DNA of 64,000 nt from Lytechinus pictus (lineage: Eukaryota), in assembly GCF_037042905.1 (NCBI RefSeq), contig NC_087248.1, positions 23,374,001 through 23,438,000 on the forward strand, in the 5' to 3' direction. A program made the position numbers and the translations under genes. The notes below the pieces were generated by a model. The model saw nothing but the letters and a program-made list of their open reading frames with translations. It made no database searches and was not told where the DNA came from. Below are positions 1 through 12,539 of the stretch, piece by piece. How positions within the stretch are numbered: position 1 is the first letter of the stretch; the number at the start of each line of letters is the position of its first letter.

Positions 1-759
1 TCTACATCTTAAATACACTTATATCACGATATAAATTAAATTAAATAATAAATTGATACTGATAGTACATGCATTTGTTGTAAAATGTTGTATAAAAAAA
101 AAAAATAAAAAAAAAAAATAAAAAAAAAAAAGTACAGATTAATTAAAAATTCACTTAATCACGATCATCATCATTATCATCACCATCACTATTATCATCA
201 TTAATATCATTCTTATTTGTTTTATTATTACTTTTATTTTGTATACATTCTCTTATATTTTCATTCATTCATTTATATTTTTGAAAAATTATTCTATCCA
301 CTCATTTTTTTCTTTCCAAGGCCCAATCTAAGTCCTTTATAGCATGTGGGGTCAGGAAACCCTAACAGTTACTAAATCACTTTAAATATCACTGCACTAA
401 CATCGAGCACATACCCAGTTGGGATGTGATTGAACGTTACTGATTAACCCCATGCATTATCAATGAAATGGAATTATACATGTTTATCATGTGCAGTGCA
501 TGTCTGCCCTATCGGAGCATTCATATCAATTAGCTTAATGAGGACTCACAGACTTGCTTGCATGTTAGCCAGCCATGTAAACATCCATGCATCTACTACT
601 ATCCTAAAAGCAATGATAGAGACAAAGTCCTATATTCATCTGAAGGACAATACAAAAATAAAGAAACTCATGATTTTCCTACTTTTCATTTCATTTCATT
701 TTCATTTCATGCTTAAAAATTGTTTGTCTGCTATATGAGGAGGCAGGATACCTCAATCG

Positions 760-932
760 GCAGAGCAGGGGTTCGGATTCTGATAACACGGGCTCGATTC
801 CCATTTGGTGCGCCAGTGCCCTTTGGCAAGGCATTCATCCACATTACCATGTCCCTCGGAGAGGACCTTAAGCCTTTGGTCCTCTGGTTGCTTGCTTACA
901 AGCATTCATGCTTTCTAAGCAATCAGGTAGAA
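760..932 (+). mobile_element. tRNA-derived SINE fragment, family A (other copies 9380-9555, 36100-36225)
   Basis: B-box-like gctcgattcc followed by the shared body gtgccctttggcaaggcatt...gtccctcggagaggaccttaagcc...aagcattcatgctttcttagcaatcaggta, found three times in the window. Confidence 0.8.
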
Positions 933-1747
933 TGAAAGTCAAGCGTTATCTACACCATATGGTTGACTAACTGTTACCTGTTCCAGTTTATGGACATGAA
1001 TACTGATATGGCTGGTTATACAGCTTGTCAATGAATAACTCAAGGCTGACAAATGAGTTATATTCTTCCAGGGTACTTACTTCAAATGTTAAAGGTAATT
1101 TCAAGTTTTGATCATGATTTTGAAGAAACTGTCTCAAAGCGAGTTTCCCCCCCCCCCCCCCAGTATCGTGATTTTGAAGAATCTGCGTCAAAAGGATTGT
1201 GAAAATCAAGAGCAGCATGGGTTTTTTGCATACGCCTTATTGATTTGAGGCAGGAATCATAAGGAGGAAAGATGAATGTGAAAATCCACCAATTGGCAAC
1301 ATTTTCAAGGATGAAGAAAAATATCTAAAACAATCGAATAAAGGTGAATTTTTTTCTTCATTTTAAAGTAATCAAAATGCTTGCCTCATATTCTGTCCAT
1401 AGATATATTACATACATTTGTTGTCAATGTGGGGATAATTATATGATCAATTTCAGATTAAAATATATGCTGCGCTGGAATACTCAGTTTTGTAGAAAGA
1501 CAAATTTGTATTCAGTAAATACCTTATGTAAAATGGGTTTCCTTAGAATATATTTTCATCGAATGCAAGAATTACAGAGAAGTACCCACGTAGAGACGGT
1601 TCATGCATCCATGATTCCTTGAGATGTGGGGTTGAGAATAGATTTTTAGTTATGCCTTTTATTATTCTGATGTACTATGATGAACAGGGGTCACAGAATC
1701 GGGGGGGGGGGGTTGGGGAAGGTGGCTCCTGATGAATAACGTTTTAA

Positions 1748-2365
1748 AGCACAAGTCCGCCCCAACAAAAAGTTGATTTGAATAAAATGAGAAAAATCCA
1801 ACAAGCAAAACACTGAAAGTTTCATCAAAATCTGATGTAAAATAAAAAAGTTATGACATTTTTAAGTTTCTCTTAATTTCACAAAACAGTTATGTGCACA
1901 TCCTGGCTGGTATGCAAATGAGGAGACTATGATGTCATCCACTCACTATTTCTTTTTGCATTTTATTATATGCAAAAAGAAATTGCATTTTATAATATGA
2001 AATATGACATATTCTAATTTTTTCCTCATTGTCAAGTGATACGATTAATTCCTCCCTGAACATTAGGGAATTAGCATTGTTTAATACTATATGGTTCAAT
2101 CAAGTTGGTCCTTATTGTCAAATCTATAAAAAATGAAATATTGTATAATTCAAACAATAAAAAACAAAGAAATAGTGAGTGATGGACATCATCGACTGAC
2201 TCACCTAGTTTTGCATATCACTGTTTTGTGAAAAAAATAAGCGAAACTTTAAAATGTCATAACTTTCTTATTTTACATCCGATTTTGATGAAATTTTTAG
2301 CACAATGCTAGTTTGATTTTCCTCTATTTATTCATTTCAGCATTTTCCTGGGGTGGACTTGACCT
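1748..2365. mobile_element. Kolobok-like non-autonomous DNA transposon (fold-back MITE)
   Basis: TTAA on both flanks, AG...CCT termini, TIR ag(c/g)(a/t)caagtcc(g/a)cccc, long imperfect internal inverted arms. A second copy is at 24184-24629. Confidence 0.8.
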
Positions 2366-3749
2366 TTAAGTTGTTGCCTCTCTCTAGATAATCAAAACTA
2401 TTCCTAAAGAGAGAGACTCTAATCTTCTCTATTTGCACTGCTGTTCTACCACCAACAAATTATGCAATTTTCATCAGAAACCTAATAATATCAAGGCCAA
2501 GTAATGTTATTCAAAAGTTGAAGGGCCACTCTACAATCTGATTTATTTTCTCAATAATGGATTTTTTGTTTGCATTTAATAATACCATTGGATAAAATTG
2601 AATTAACAGGCATATTGAATTCCAGCAAGATGAAAAGTTTAATATACAGAGCGTCCCACTAAAAATAAAAAACAAAGAAAAAAATAGACAAATAACTTTA
2701 CCATTGTAAAGCTTAGTCTCCTCTTTCAACCGGTATGACTTAGGAGATTCCTCATTAACGCATGAGTGAGGATAAACAATTTGAAGAAAGAATAACAATT
2801 TGGTTGGCAGGCGGTATCTGAATTTTAAAAAGAAAATCAAATGTTCAAAAGGTTCAATATACTAGTATGATCTTACATTTGATAGCTCAATCACAGAAAA
2901 TAAATCATTTTTTTCTGTGAAGCACTGTATAAGCTCTGAATGATCAAGGGTAATAAAACAATATTAACTTGCAAAGCAAAAGACATGATATTAGAAAATC
3001 TCATTACTATACCTACAGTATGTATCACTGTAAAATCAACAATAAAATTAATATCTCACAATTCATGCGGGTATGAAAATTATCAATTATCATTTCATTT
3101 TATATTATAATGTTAAATACTTTTGAGACGGGAAAATATATTTGGGAATGCATGACAAAGTTTAAAGAGAAAATCAACCCCCACAAAGGTTTCACAAGAA
3201 ATAATTGGATATGTAGGGAGCCTATATGAAACTTCATGAATTTATTGAAATTAATTCCTAATGAAATGATATTAAAAAAAAAAAATGCTTTTCATACAAT
3301 TTACATTATGCTTCTCTTAAACATCTTGCATTATTCATAAGCATTTTCAAGCAACAATGTCATGAACAGCTAGTTCATGGGATACAAAACTGTTACTTAT
3401 AATTTATCAAATTTAATTGTGTGGTTTACACGCACAAATGCTAATATTTCCCTAGATCAAACCATTTTCTCATACACAACAGAAATATAGTCTAGTACAT
3501 TGACTTCATTCTTGGGAAGCAAAATAATTATCAGCATCACATCTTTCATTTCATATCCCTGCACAGCGCACCGACACGTAAGTGAACATGGGGGACCACA
3601 TAAACAAGCTACACCCAATGTTCATTCATGCACACACTCGGGAGTGACAGCTTAGATTGTACGAATATCAACCAATCAATGAACCCTAGGCTTGTGAAAC
3701 CAGACAGCCATGACATCTACAATTAAGACCTCGTTCAGAGACGACGACA

Positions 3750-4570
3750 TCACATGATCTAGCGTTGATATGAGCTCCCCACAGGAGACTTATATTGGAT
3801 GCCAATTTGAAGATTTTCACATGATCTACCACTGATATGAACTCCCCACGGGGGACTTCTATTAGTTGCCAATTTTAAACTTTTGACATTAACTTGTGAT
3901 TCGAACATAAAGGGGACTTACAGCAGTAGCAGATTTGTCAAATTTTACTTCATGTTGTCATTATATAAATACAATGGCACTGATATTTCCCATGATCTTT
4001 CATGAACATGAACTCTGCACAGGGGACTTAATACTGGTTGCCATGAATTTCTCATGATCTTCCACTGATATGAACTAATCAAATGCGATTAAAATTGGTT
4101 GCCAATTTGCAGAATTTAAACATGATCTACTCCAGATATGAACTCCCCACAGGGGACTTATATCAGTTACTAGTAATGCAAGTTTGAAGATTTTGACATG
4201 AAAGAAAAAAATACTAACTCTATACAGGAGAATTGGTTGCCAATTTGACAAGAATTTGGTGGAACATCTAATGAAAAGTTTTGTTTACTGACTAATTTGC
4301 TCTCGGCCAATCAGATGCAAGGATTTCAGCAGCTTATCACAGACATCAGTGAAAAATCAGTGTGTGTTTCATTTAATTAAATGCTTCCAAGAAATGAACT
4401 CTACAGCAGACTCGGTTGCTGATTTGCAAATTATAACATGATCTACTCCTGATATGAACTCATCACAGGGGAATAATATCAGTTGCCAATTTGCAGATTT
4501 CAACAAGATCCACCCTGATACATTTTGTATGATCACATCACTGGGGAATACTAGTCCTGATATGAGCTCA
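3750..4570. repeat. Degenerate ~60-bp minisatellite
   Basis: Recurrent catgatctac..tgatatgaactccccacaggggacttatattggttgccaattt, roughly ten decayed units, interrupted by a MITE relic at about 4255-4395. Confidence 0.8.
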
Positions 4571-4572
4571 CT

Positions 4573-5300
4573 GGTTCCATGACATTTGCTCTACAGCGAC
4601 AATTGCTCCGATCAAATATCTGCACATTAAGCCAAACATAAAATCTAAATAAACCCTAATAATCCTTATCTTTATATTATTCTGAACCAAGACTCTATTA
4701 CAATCCTAACTCTAACCCTGGGCTTTCTGAGATGTTACAACCAGACCAAATGTCGCAGGAGCAAATGTCGTATGCCTAACTCACCCTGGGCCCTCTGAGA
4801 TATTAAGACCAGAGCAAATGTCGCAGGAGCAAATGTCGTATGCCTAGCTCTAACCCTGGACCCTCTGAGATATTACGACCAGAGCAAATGTCGCAGGAGC
4901 AAATTTCGTATGCCTAACTCATCCTGGGCCCTCTGAGATATTAAGACCAGAGCAAATGTCGCAAGAGCAAATGTCGTATGCCTAACTCACCCTGGGCCCT
5001 CTGAGATATTACAACCAGAGCAAATGTTGCAGGAGCAAATATCGTATGCCTAACTCTAACCCTGGGCCCTCTGAGATAATACGACCAGAGCAAATGTCGC
5101 AGGAGCAAATGTCGTATGCCTAACTCTAACCCTGGGCCCTCTGTGATATTAAGACCAGAGCAAATGTCGTATGCCTAACTCTAACCCTGGGCCCTCTCTG
5201 ATATTAAGACCAGAGCAAATGTCGTATGCCTAACTCTAACCCTGGGCCCTCTGAGATATTAAGACCAGAGCAAATGTCGCAGGAGCAAATGTCGTATGCC
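4573..5300. mobile_element. Non-autonomous element whose 3' end is amplified into a 70-bp tandem array
   Basis: The 5' catgacatttgctc is inverted relative to the 3' gagcaaatgtcgtatgcc. Nine units of ctaactctaaccctgggccctctgagatattaagaccagagcaaatgtcgcaggagcaaatgtcgtatgc occupy 4706-5300 (68-70 nt, two of 55 nt). Confidence 0.8.
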
Positions 5301-6544
5301 AAACTCACCACAGGAAGATTAGAACAGTATATCTTTTGTAATTTGCTTTATTACCTTATTAAAACATTGCTGATGTTCAAGCTCTCCTGATTATGATATA
5401 CCAATCCAATCATTTCAAAATCATTGCTGTCTATATTATTAAGAGAAATATTCAGTCTCATTTCTTTTTATGAATGAAGCAACAATTATAATTTCTGAGT
5501 AAAAAAACATCTCCAATGACTACATTCATCATGTTTTTTCAACAACAAAAAAAGAAATATTCCCCAGTTCAACATATTTGCTAACTAGTATTCATTTAAT
5601 GCAATATGCATCAAATGCAAATTTCTAGTCAAACCATTCTGTTTAAAAAGAAATTAGCAGATACATGTATTAACTCATGCAAATGATTAAGTAAATAATG
5701 AAAATAATAACAATTAATATACATCTAAATTAAAGGAAGTAAATTTTGAAATTATGTCACATTCCCATTCAAGCATATCAGCAGAAAATAAGAATAAATT
5801 CCAAATGATTTGAAGAGTGAAAAGATCTTGCAATTCATGCCGTGCACTTCCCATTCTCCTAACGAAAGTATCAACGTTAGAAAAACATAAGAAAAATAAA
5901 ACATAAGCAAGGAAGTCGATATGAAGGACTCATTCACAAAATAAACTGTGTTTGATCAATCATGCCAATAAATTTGGACGGGAAGCTAGAAGAAAAAATA
6001 TGGGAAAAACCCTGGTGGGTATGCAAGAAAGCATCAACAAAAAAAGACGAAAATGGGAACACGACAAATGGAAAGGATGTCAAAATTTGATCAAACATGT
6101 CACTCAATGCAAGAGAGTGGTAGTCTTTCCACTCATGGTCCAATTTCTCTGATTTCCACCCGTTATTTCCAATTTGCCAAAATGCATTGTGACAAATGCG
6201 CTAAATGCGTTTGATCTGATCCGTCCCGTGACATGCAAGGGCATGCACGTTTTTACCGTTGCCATGGCGATTCAACAGCAGGATGGATGCCGGGGTTATA
6301 TGGGTGAACTGGGTGCTGTATGGGGGGGGGGGGGTAGGCAGAGGGGGTGGGGGAGTGACATTAGAAGCATTTGGTAGTTTAAGATGACGAACAAAATACT
6401 AGGTAACTTACAGCTATATTTATGTGTTTATCAAATTAATATGAATTTCAATACAAAATGATTATATTGCACTTTATAGGAGGGTTGTGGCAGAGTAAAG
6501 ATTAATTCATTTTGATAAGATCAAGAACATTTCCGCTATATTAA

Positions 6545-6915
6545 AGTGATTGGTTAACATTGGTTTGACTTTTAAAAAATCTGAGCTAGAAGGTCACACT
6601 GTGTCTGTGATATGTTACAAAAATGAAGCCCAGAAAAAAATTGCGTTCGAAAATAATTATTTAGTGCTTCAAAAATTGAAATATAAAGTGACCGAAAACA
6701 CCATCTTAATTTCATCCCATACACTTATGTGTACTATTTAGGCGTCTATAAGACGCCTATTTACAAAATCGGGGTTTGCCTTGTAGTGTTAGCTTTTCAT
6801 TCTCAATAATGGTTGTTTTCAGGGTTTATTAGTTCTAATACATGCACTTGTACACATGTTTCATCTTGGTTTGAGAATTTTTTAAATCGGCTGCTCACAA
6901 AGTTAAACAATACCT
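6545..6915. mobile_element. Kolobok-like MITE
   Basis: TTAA flanks and imperfect TIRs agtgattggttaac / gttaaacaatacct. Confidence 0.55.
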
Positions 6916-8686
6916 TTAAGGTGGAAGGAGTCCACATTTACAGGAATTGTATCATAAAGATAAATGAATAATAAGCATAGGGTGATCCTACTTTACTTTT
7001 ATGGGAAGAACGTGGCATAGAAATGATTGACGTCGATTGATTATAAGAGGTCTTGGAAAATGAATGAAATGGCTATAACACCTGCTGTGACAATACTGCA
7101 TGTAAAAAGAGGCTTATTACAGCTATCTTAAACATTTCACACATTTTGTACCGGAACCAGTTGTTTCCTGTACAAAATTGAATGATATTACAGAATTCAG
7201 TACTCGGCATTTGAAACTCGATTAGACCGATTCATACGAAATTGTTCCAAATGGATATTCATTTCGTGAATAACTCCAAAATACAATGCCTTTTTATATC
7301 CAATGGCAAGCACATTGAAACCAATTTAATGATGGATTCTACTTTATTCATGCGATCAACTCTTGCCCTACCCCAACTGAAATTATGTACGCCGTATTGC
7401 TGCTACACATATATTTGATAGACAAATAATTTGGGGTATTCAATCATCTTCGCAGCCATGCATACAATAGCTTGTTGTTGAATGCTGGTATACGATGTGA
7501 ATTACATTAGAGCAAAATAATGACACTTTTTGCAGTATGAATATGATCCGGCATGATGGTGGACTGGTGGTACAGGGTATTTAAAAAAAGGCACATCAGT
7601 ACAAATATTTTATAGCGTGGGACTTAATCATACAGTGAAATAGTTGATTTTTCTATACACTGTAGCCTAATGAAATTAATCATAAATCCAACTTTGTAGG
7701 ATCAAACTCAAAATTAGATCCAACAGAATCCACTAAAATGAATACACATATGTTTAATTTGTATTCATAAAAAATATGTGCCAATCGATGCTGGTAGAAA
7801 TGAGTTAATTGCTGAAAAATGTGTAAGATACTGTAACCATAGCATTCCAGGAAGTGGTCTGGCCTTTTCTTAAACAATGATAATACACTGACCCACATAT
7901 GCTTATCTGAGTTGGTGATCACCAGATTTAGCTTTTTAGCTTTTAAAGATTTCACAAAGCTAGATTTTTTTATAAATTTCTCCGATCTAGATCTTCAATA
8001 TGGACAAAATTAACCTTGATTTTGAAGACATTTTATAAAATCGTGGTTTGCTGCGACTTCATTAAGTGATCTTCAACTCAGGTATAGGTGTTGAGGTGTA
8101 GAGTTGTTGTGGCTCCGAGGATAAGTCTTTGGACTTTGGGAAGGTACATGTATTTATCTACATTTGCCTCTCTCCACTCATGTGTAGTAAATGGGTACCT
8201 GGTAGGAAGGAATAGCTTGAATACTATAGCACCTGATCAGACAAACAGTGCCAAGGCAAGGGTATAGAAACACCGTCGCAAGTGCTATATGAATGTCGCA
8301 AGTAACCAGCCACCCCAAAAAAAAAACAATAAGTTGCGAGGGAAGGTTCTCTATAAATGGCCAAAAAGCTTTGATATTATTTATTCTCGGCTGCTTAGAA
8401 GTCTTACAGAGAATACACAGTATGCATATTTCATGCTTGAGTGAAAACCCCAAACTTCAGACCTTGTTTTCTCTGACTTCTTGAAGCACTCACTGAATAC
8501 CTTCTGCATTCAATCAATAGTACTTGGGTAGGTTATCTTTGACCAATTTCGACGGGTTAGGTATCATTTCGAAGCTTAGGACGTGCTCTTTCAAGCTAAA
8601 TTAAAGTCTCAAAATTGATTTTGGGCGACTCATTGCTGGTTTTGGGGTGGATGATCGCATAAGACACGACTGGTTAAAGTTCTTAC

Positions 8687-8837
8687 CGGTTGATGCTTGC
8701 ATGCTTTCTCTATATGAAGTCTCCCGTCAGCTCTCTTGCTATCCTGAATGGTTCTCTCTGCTTCTGATAACCATGATGCTAAATCTCTCATATCACAGTG
8801 AAACTGTCTCCATTGGTCGAAGCATCGCTGGAATTGA
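8687..8837 (-). CDS. DMD: Dystrophin-family rod-domain exon, equivalent to human DMD exon 44
   Basis: Acceptor tgttctcttgcag|T, donor CCG|gtaaga. Reads QFQRCFDQWRQFHCDMRDLASWLSEAERTIQDSKRADGRLHIEKACKHQP, compared with recalled human RFDRSVEKWRRFHYDIKIFNQWLTEAE. The phase-2 acceptor completes GG+T=Gly from the previous exon. Confidence 0.93.
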
Positions 8838-9084
8838 CTGCAAGAGAACAAGATACCATCATCTCAAAAGAAATGCTCACCCGTTTGTTTGCCGTCCCAT
8901 GCCAAAAGGAAGCAGCTCTAATTTTTTTTTCTTCAAGAAATTGCCCTTTTCGTGATTTTTTATATTTCCTGCATGCTCTACATGATGGTAAAGAAATTGG
9001 AGTCATCGCAGCCCCCCTATCTTTGGAATATAGACATTTAAAAATCAAGCAACAATGACACAGTTTCCCCATTTCCTCACAACA

Positions 9085-9330
9085 GGTGTGTTGGCTCAGT
9101 TGGTAGAGCGTCCATCTCACAACCAGGAGCTCAAACCCCAGCCGCGTCAGACCAAAAGACATTAAAAGATGGGAGTTGCTACTACCCTGTTTGGCGTTCA
9201 ACAATTGAAGGGATAGAGCCTCGTCGATCTGATGTTGCACAGTGGCTGCCGGGCCCACTATAAATTGGGCAAAACAAATTTTCAGAGTATTTCATTTCTG
9301 ATGTCTATTTCGAACAATATTTTATGGATT
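9085..9330 (+). mobile_element. tRNA-derived SINE with a Meta-domain-like core
   Basis: A box tggctcagttggtagagcg. The core gtcagaccaaaagacattaaaagatgggagttgctactaccctgtttggcgttcaaca resembles the MetaSINE central domain as I recall it. The tail is (TTTCA)-like. Confidence 0.7.
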
Positions 9331-9379
9331 TTCATTTTTTTTTCATTTTAAACATTCCACAGGGTTGCATCCTCAGTCC

Positions 9380-9555
9380 ATAGAGCGGGGGTTTCAAATT
9401 CCGGTGGCCCAGGTTCGATTCCAACTTTGTGCGCTGGTGCCCTTTGGTAAGGCATTAATCCTCATTACCAGGTCCCTCGGAAAGGACCTCAAGCTGTCAG
9501 TCCTCTGGTTGCTTGCTGATAAGCATTCATGCTTTCTTAGCAATCAGGTAAAATA
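9380..9555 (+). mobile_element. tRNA-derived SINE, family A
   Basis: B box ggttcgattcc and a body highly similar to 760-932. Confidence 0.8.
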
Positions 9556-10026
9556 TCACCACCACCATCCTTTTGACATAGGATGGCAGTTCTCATATTA
9601 CACAAATGATATTCATCAACAGGGCAATAGTACTAATACAGTAATACACACAAGGCAAATTTAGAACAGTTTTAACACCAATAACACATAGCCAACTGTT
9701 CAAAGGTAACAAATATTTCTATATTCAATGTTTCTATGTTCCTCTATCTGTCTGTCTCTCTCCCTCTCTCTCTATATATACACAGTCTGTTTTTCTGTCT
9801 GTCTCTCTCTTTCTGTTTAATATCTTTCTATCTCTTTCTGTCTCGATCTGTTTGTGTCTTTTCACGTCTGTTTGTCCCTTTTTTTCTTTCTCACTCTGTC
9901 TCATTATTTCTTCTTTTCTCACTCTGTCTGTCTGTTTCCCTCTCCCTCTCTCTCTTTCTGTCTCTCAGTGTGTCTGCGTGTATGTCTGTCTGCCTTTCTC
10001 TCACACTCACATTCTGATAGTCTTAC

Positions 10027-10411
10027 CCATATCTTTCTTCATCTCCGTTGAGTCTTTGCCAGTTCTCTCTGAGGCGATCCATCATCTCCTGAATCTCTTT
10101 GCGTTGCGTTGCACCTCTCTCTCAGTGTGTATGTCTGTCTGTCTCTCACACTCATTCTCTGATAGACTTACCCATGCCTTTCTTCATATTCTCTGTTGAG
10201 TCGTTGCCAGTTATCTCTGAGGCGATCCATCATCTCCTGAATCTTTTTGCGTTGCGTTGCACCTCTCTCTCAGTGTGTCTGTCTGTCTGTCTCTCACACT
10301 CATTCTCTGATAGACTAACCCATGCCTTTCTTCATATTCTCTGTTGAGTCGTTGCCAGTTATCTCTGAGGCGATCCATCATCTCCTTAATCTTTTTGCGT
10401 TGTGTTGCACC
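10027..10411 (-). repeat. Three tandem partial copies of the 3' half of the exon-43-like exon, each with a splice donor
   Basis: Copies at 10320-10411, 10172-10263 and 10027-10115 match exon segment 10482-10573. Their donors are gttagt, gtaagt and gtaaga. Spacers are GA/CA microsatellite, and the period is 145-162 nt. Confidence 0.95.
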
Positions 10412-10481
10412 TCTCTCTCAGTGTGTCTGTGTGTCTGTTTGTCTGTCTCTCACACTCACACTCATTCTCTGATAGACTTAC

Positions 10482-10654
10482 CCATGCCTTTCTTCATATT
10501 CTCTATTGAGTCTTTGCCAGTTCTCTCTGAGGCGATCCATCACCTCCTGAATCTCTTTGCGTTGCGTTGCACCGACCTGAGACACCGCCACATGCTCCTT
10601 CTCTTTCACCGACTCGATGGACGGAGCCAAGTCATCCAACGATTCCTTGATAGC
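10482..10654 (-). CDS. DMD: Dystrophin-family rod-domain (spectrin repeat) exon, equivalent to human DMD exon 43
   Basis: Acceptor tttatcttttgcacag|GCT, donor CATGG|gtaagt. The 173 nt read AIKESLDDLAPSIESVKEKEHVAVSQVGATQRKEIQEVMDRLRENWQRLNREYEERH(G). This aligns by eye with the recalled human exon 43 peptide NIKDSL...QWEKVNKMYKDRQG, with the same length and phase (0->2). Confidence 0.92.
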
Positions 10655-11879
10655 CTGTGCAAAAGATAAAACAACTGTTATTCATGAGGAATATATCACC
10701 ATTACATTCATCCTGATTATCAGGGGTGGATCCAGGATTTTCCAAAAGGGTGGGGGCACATTTTCCCCCGAGGAAAAAAAAAGGTCCTCACTTGTGTATA
10801 AACGACATATATTCCCATTATGATTAAATGATTAAAATGATTCAATTAAATGATTTGCTGTAACTTTCAAAGGGGGGGGGGCACACTTGTGTAAGAATGG
10901 CATTTTTACATTAAATAATATTGACAATGTATGACTCTCAAAGGGGGGGGGCATGGGTCAGATGTGCCCCCTTATTATCTTTCCTCACTTTATTCATCCA
11001 TACAGTAGCTCTACAACAAGGTAAGAAACAGGGGTGGGACAGTAAAGCAGTTGACGCTACTGCATGTCACAATTAAATGTGTTTTTTTTCTCACATGTTT
11101 TCTGATTTATATTTTTTATCTGTTTCGGTCTTTGTACTCAAAATTCCATTTGACATATATTTCCTGTTTGTAAATTCAATTAAATTCTATACATTTTCAA
11201 TATTTCATGAAAACAATTTATTTAGAATCATGTTTTAACAAATACAATTTAAATTTCAATGATGAATACCAGGTGCTGGTGTAAGGCAAACACCAACCAA
11301 AACACTGTACTTGACATGAAACTGGTGTTTATATTGAACTCACTAGGTGTTGAGCTATCAAGTATCATTGTCATGAATCCACATTGATGTTGGAGCTATG
11401 TGGGGCAACATCATTCATGCTCTCAACATTTACATCACACATACATCAACACCAACAAGATCACCAATATCAACACCAACACCTGTCAACGCCATAATCA
11501 CCACCAACAATAACACACCAACATCAACATCATCACACTACCAACACCAAATCCATCATCACCACCACCACCTACACTAAGATACCAACATCAACACTAA
11601 CACCATCAGCAACACCAACACTAAAACACCAACACCATCACCACCACCACCACTAAAATACCAATACCAACACCAACTAGTTGTAACTGACTACTGGTTA
11701 TGTACATGAGCAAGGAAGCTCTCGGTGCCGAGTCCAGGTGAGGTCCGAAGAGGATCAATGAATCAATGAGGATGTTATCATATCATATCACGCTGGATGA
11801 CCATTCTCAAAGAGATCGCATCCCCAAAATGGGTCATTCCTAATTAAATGCCCTCAGCATCCAATGCACTAACTTTCTC

Positions 11880-12072
11880 TAGTCTACAAGCGCAGACTCA
11901 AATTTGACACTTTAACCCAAACCATGTCTCGAGTGAAGACTAGATACCAAACTCTGTCTGTGTCAAACGGTAGAGCCAGCCACAGGACGTAGTGAGTTTA
12001 GTCTCACTACTTCAGACTCTGCATTATGCACTATGCGAGTTGCGAAAACTTAGGGTCTGTGCCTGCAGACTA
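11880..12072. mobile_element. ~190-bp MITE family (other copies 22426-22621, 62135-62320, 63700-63889)
   Basis: TIR tagtctgc..gcacagac and a shared internal tagtctcactacttcagactctgcattatgcac in four copies, in both orientations. Confidence 0.85.
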
Positions 12073-12539
12073 AACTTTCCCTTGGGTGTCCTGTATTAGA
12101 AGCGAGTCATTATTGCTCTCTATTTCATAGATATACGATTTATTTTCAGAGCAATTGGCCGTTAATACCCAGATACAGGGAGCAATGGGTTTGACCATGC
12201 GTTAAACTATGGCATGGGAGTGAGTCACTTTACTTTCCCTGTAAATTAGATTCAAATAGATATACCCAGCGAGGCATATAGGCCTACTTGTACATCTAGC
12301 TACAATCATATAGTCATACCATGTCTAATTTCACTAAATTGGTTACTTTACTGATATTCAGATTACGTTAAACTACCATAACAAAAAATCCTGATTTATT
12401 ACTGCAAATACAAGATCATTCCAGTATTTCAATAGTAACAACATATCCAATATACCAAGAATGTACATGTATTTGCCCTGTCCGTAGAGAAAAAACCGAA
12501 ATATGAAAAAAAAACGAGTATGATACCTCATCAAACAAC

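Noticed and set aside
4706-5300. Regular repeat array that looks superficially like CRISPR
   Set aside because: Units are head-to-tail with no unique spacers, there are no cas genes, and the context is a eukaryotic intron.
9085-9150. tRNA-like sequence (also 22039-22110 and 29767-29840)
   Set aside because: No complete cloverleaf. Each continues into or matches a SINE body.
9736-10669. Plus-strand ORFs with repeated ESLPVLSEAIHHLLNLFALRCT
   Set aside because: Antisense shadow of the dystrophin exon and its tandem copies.
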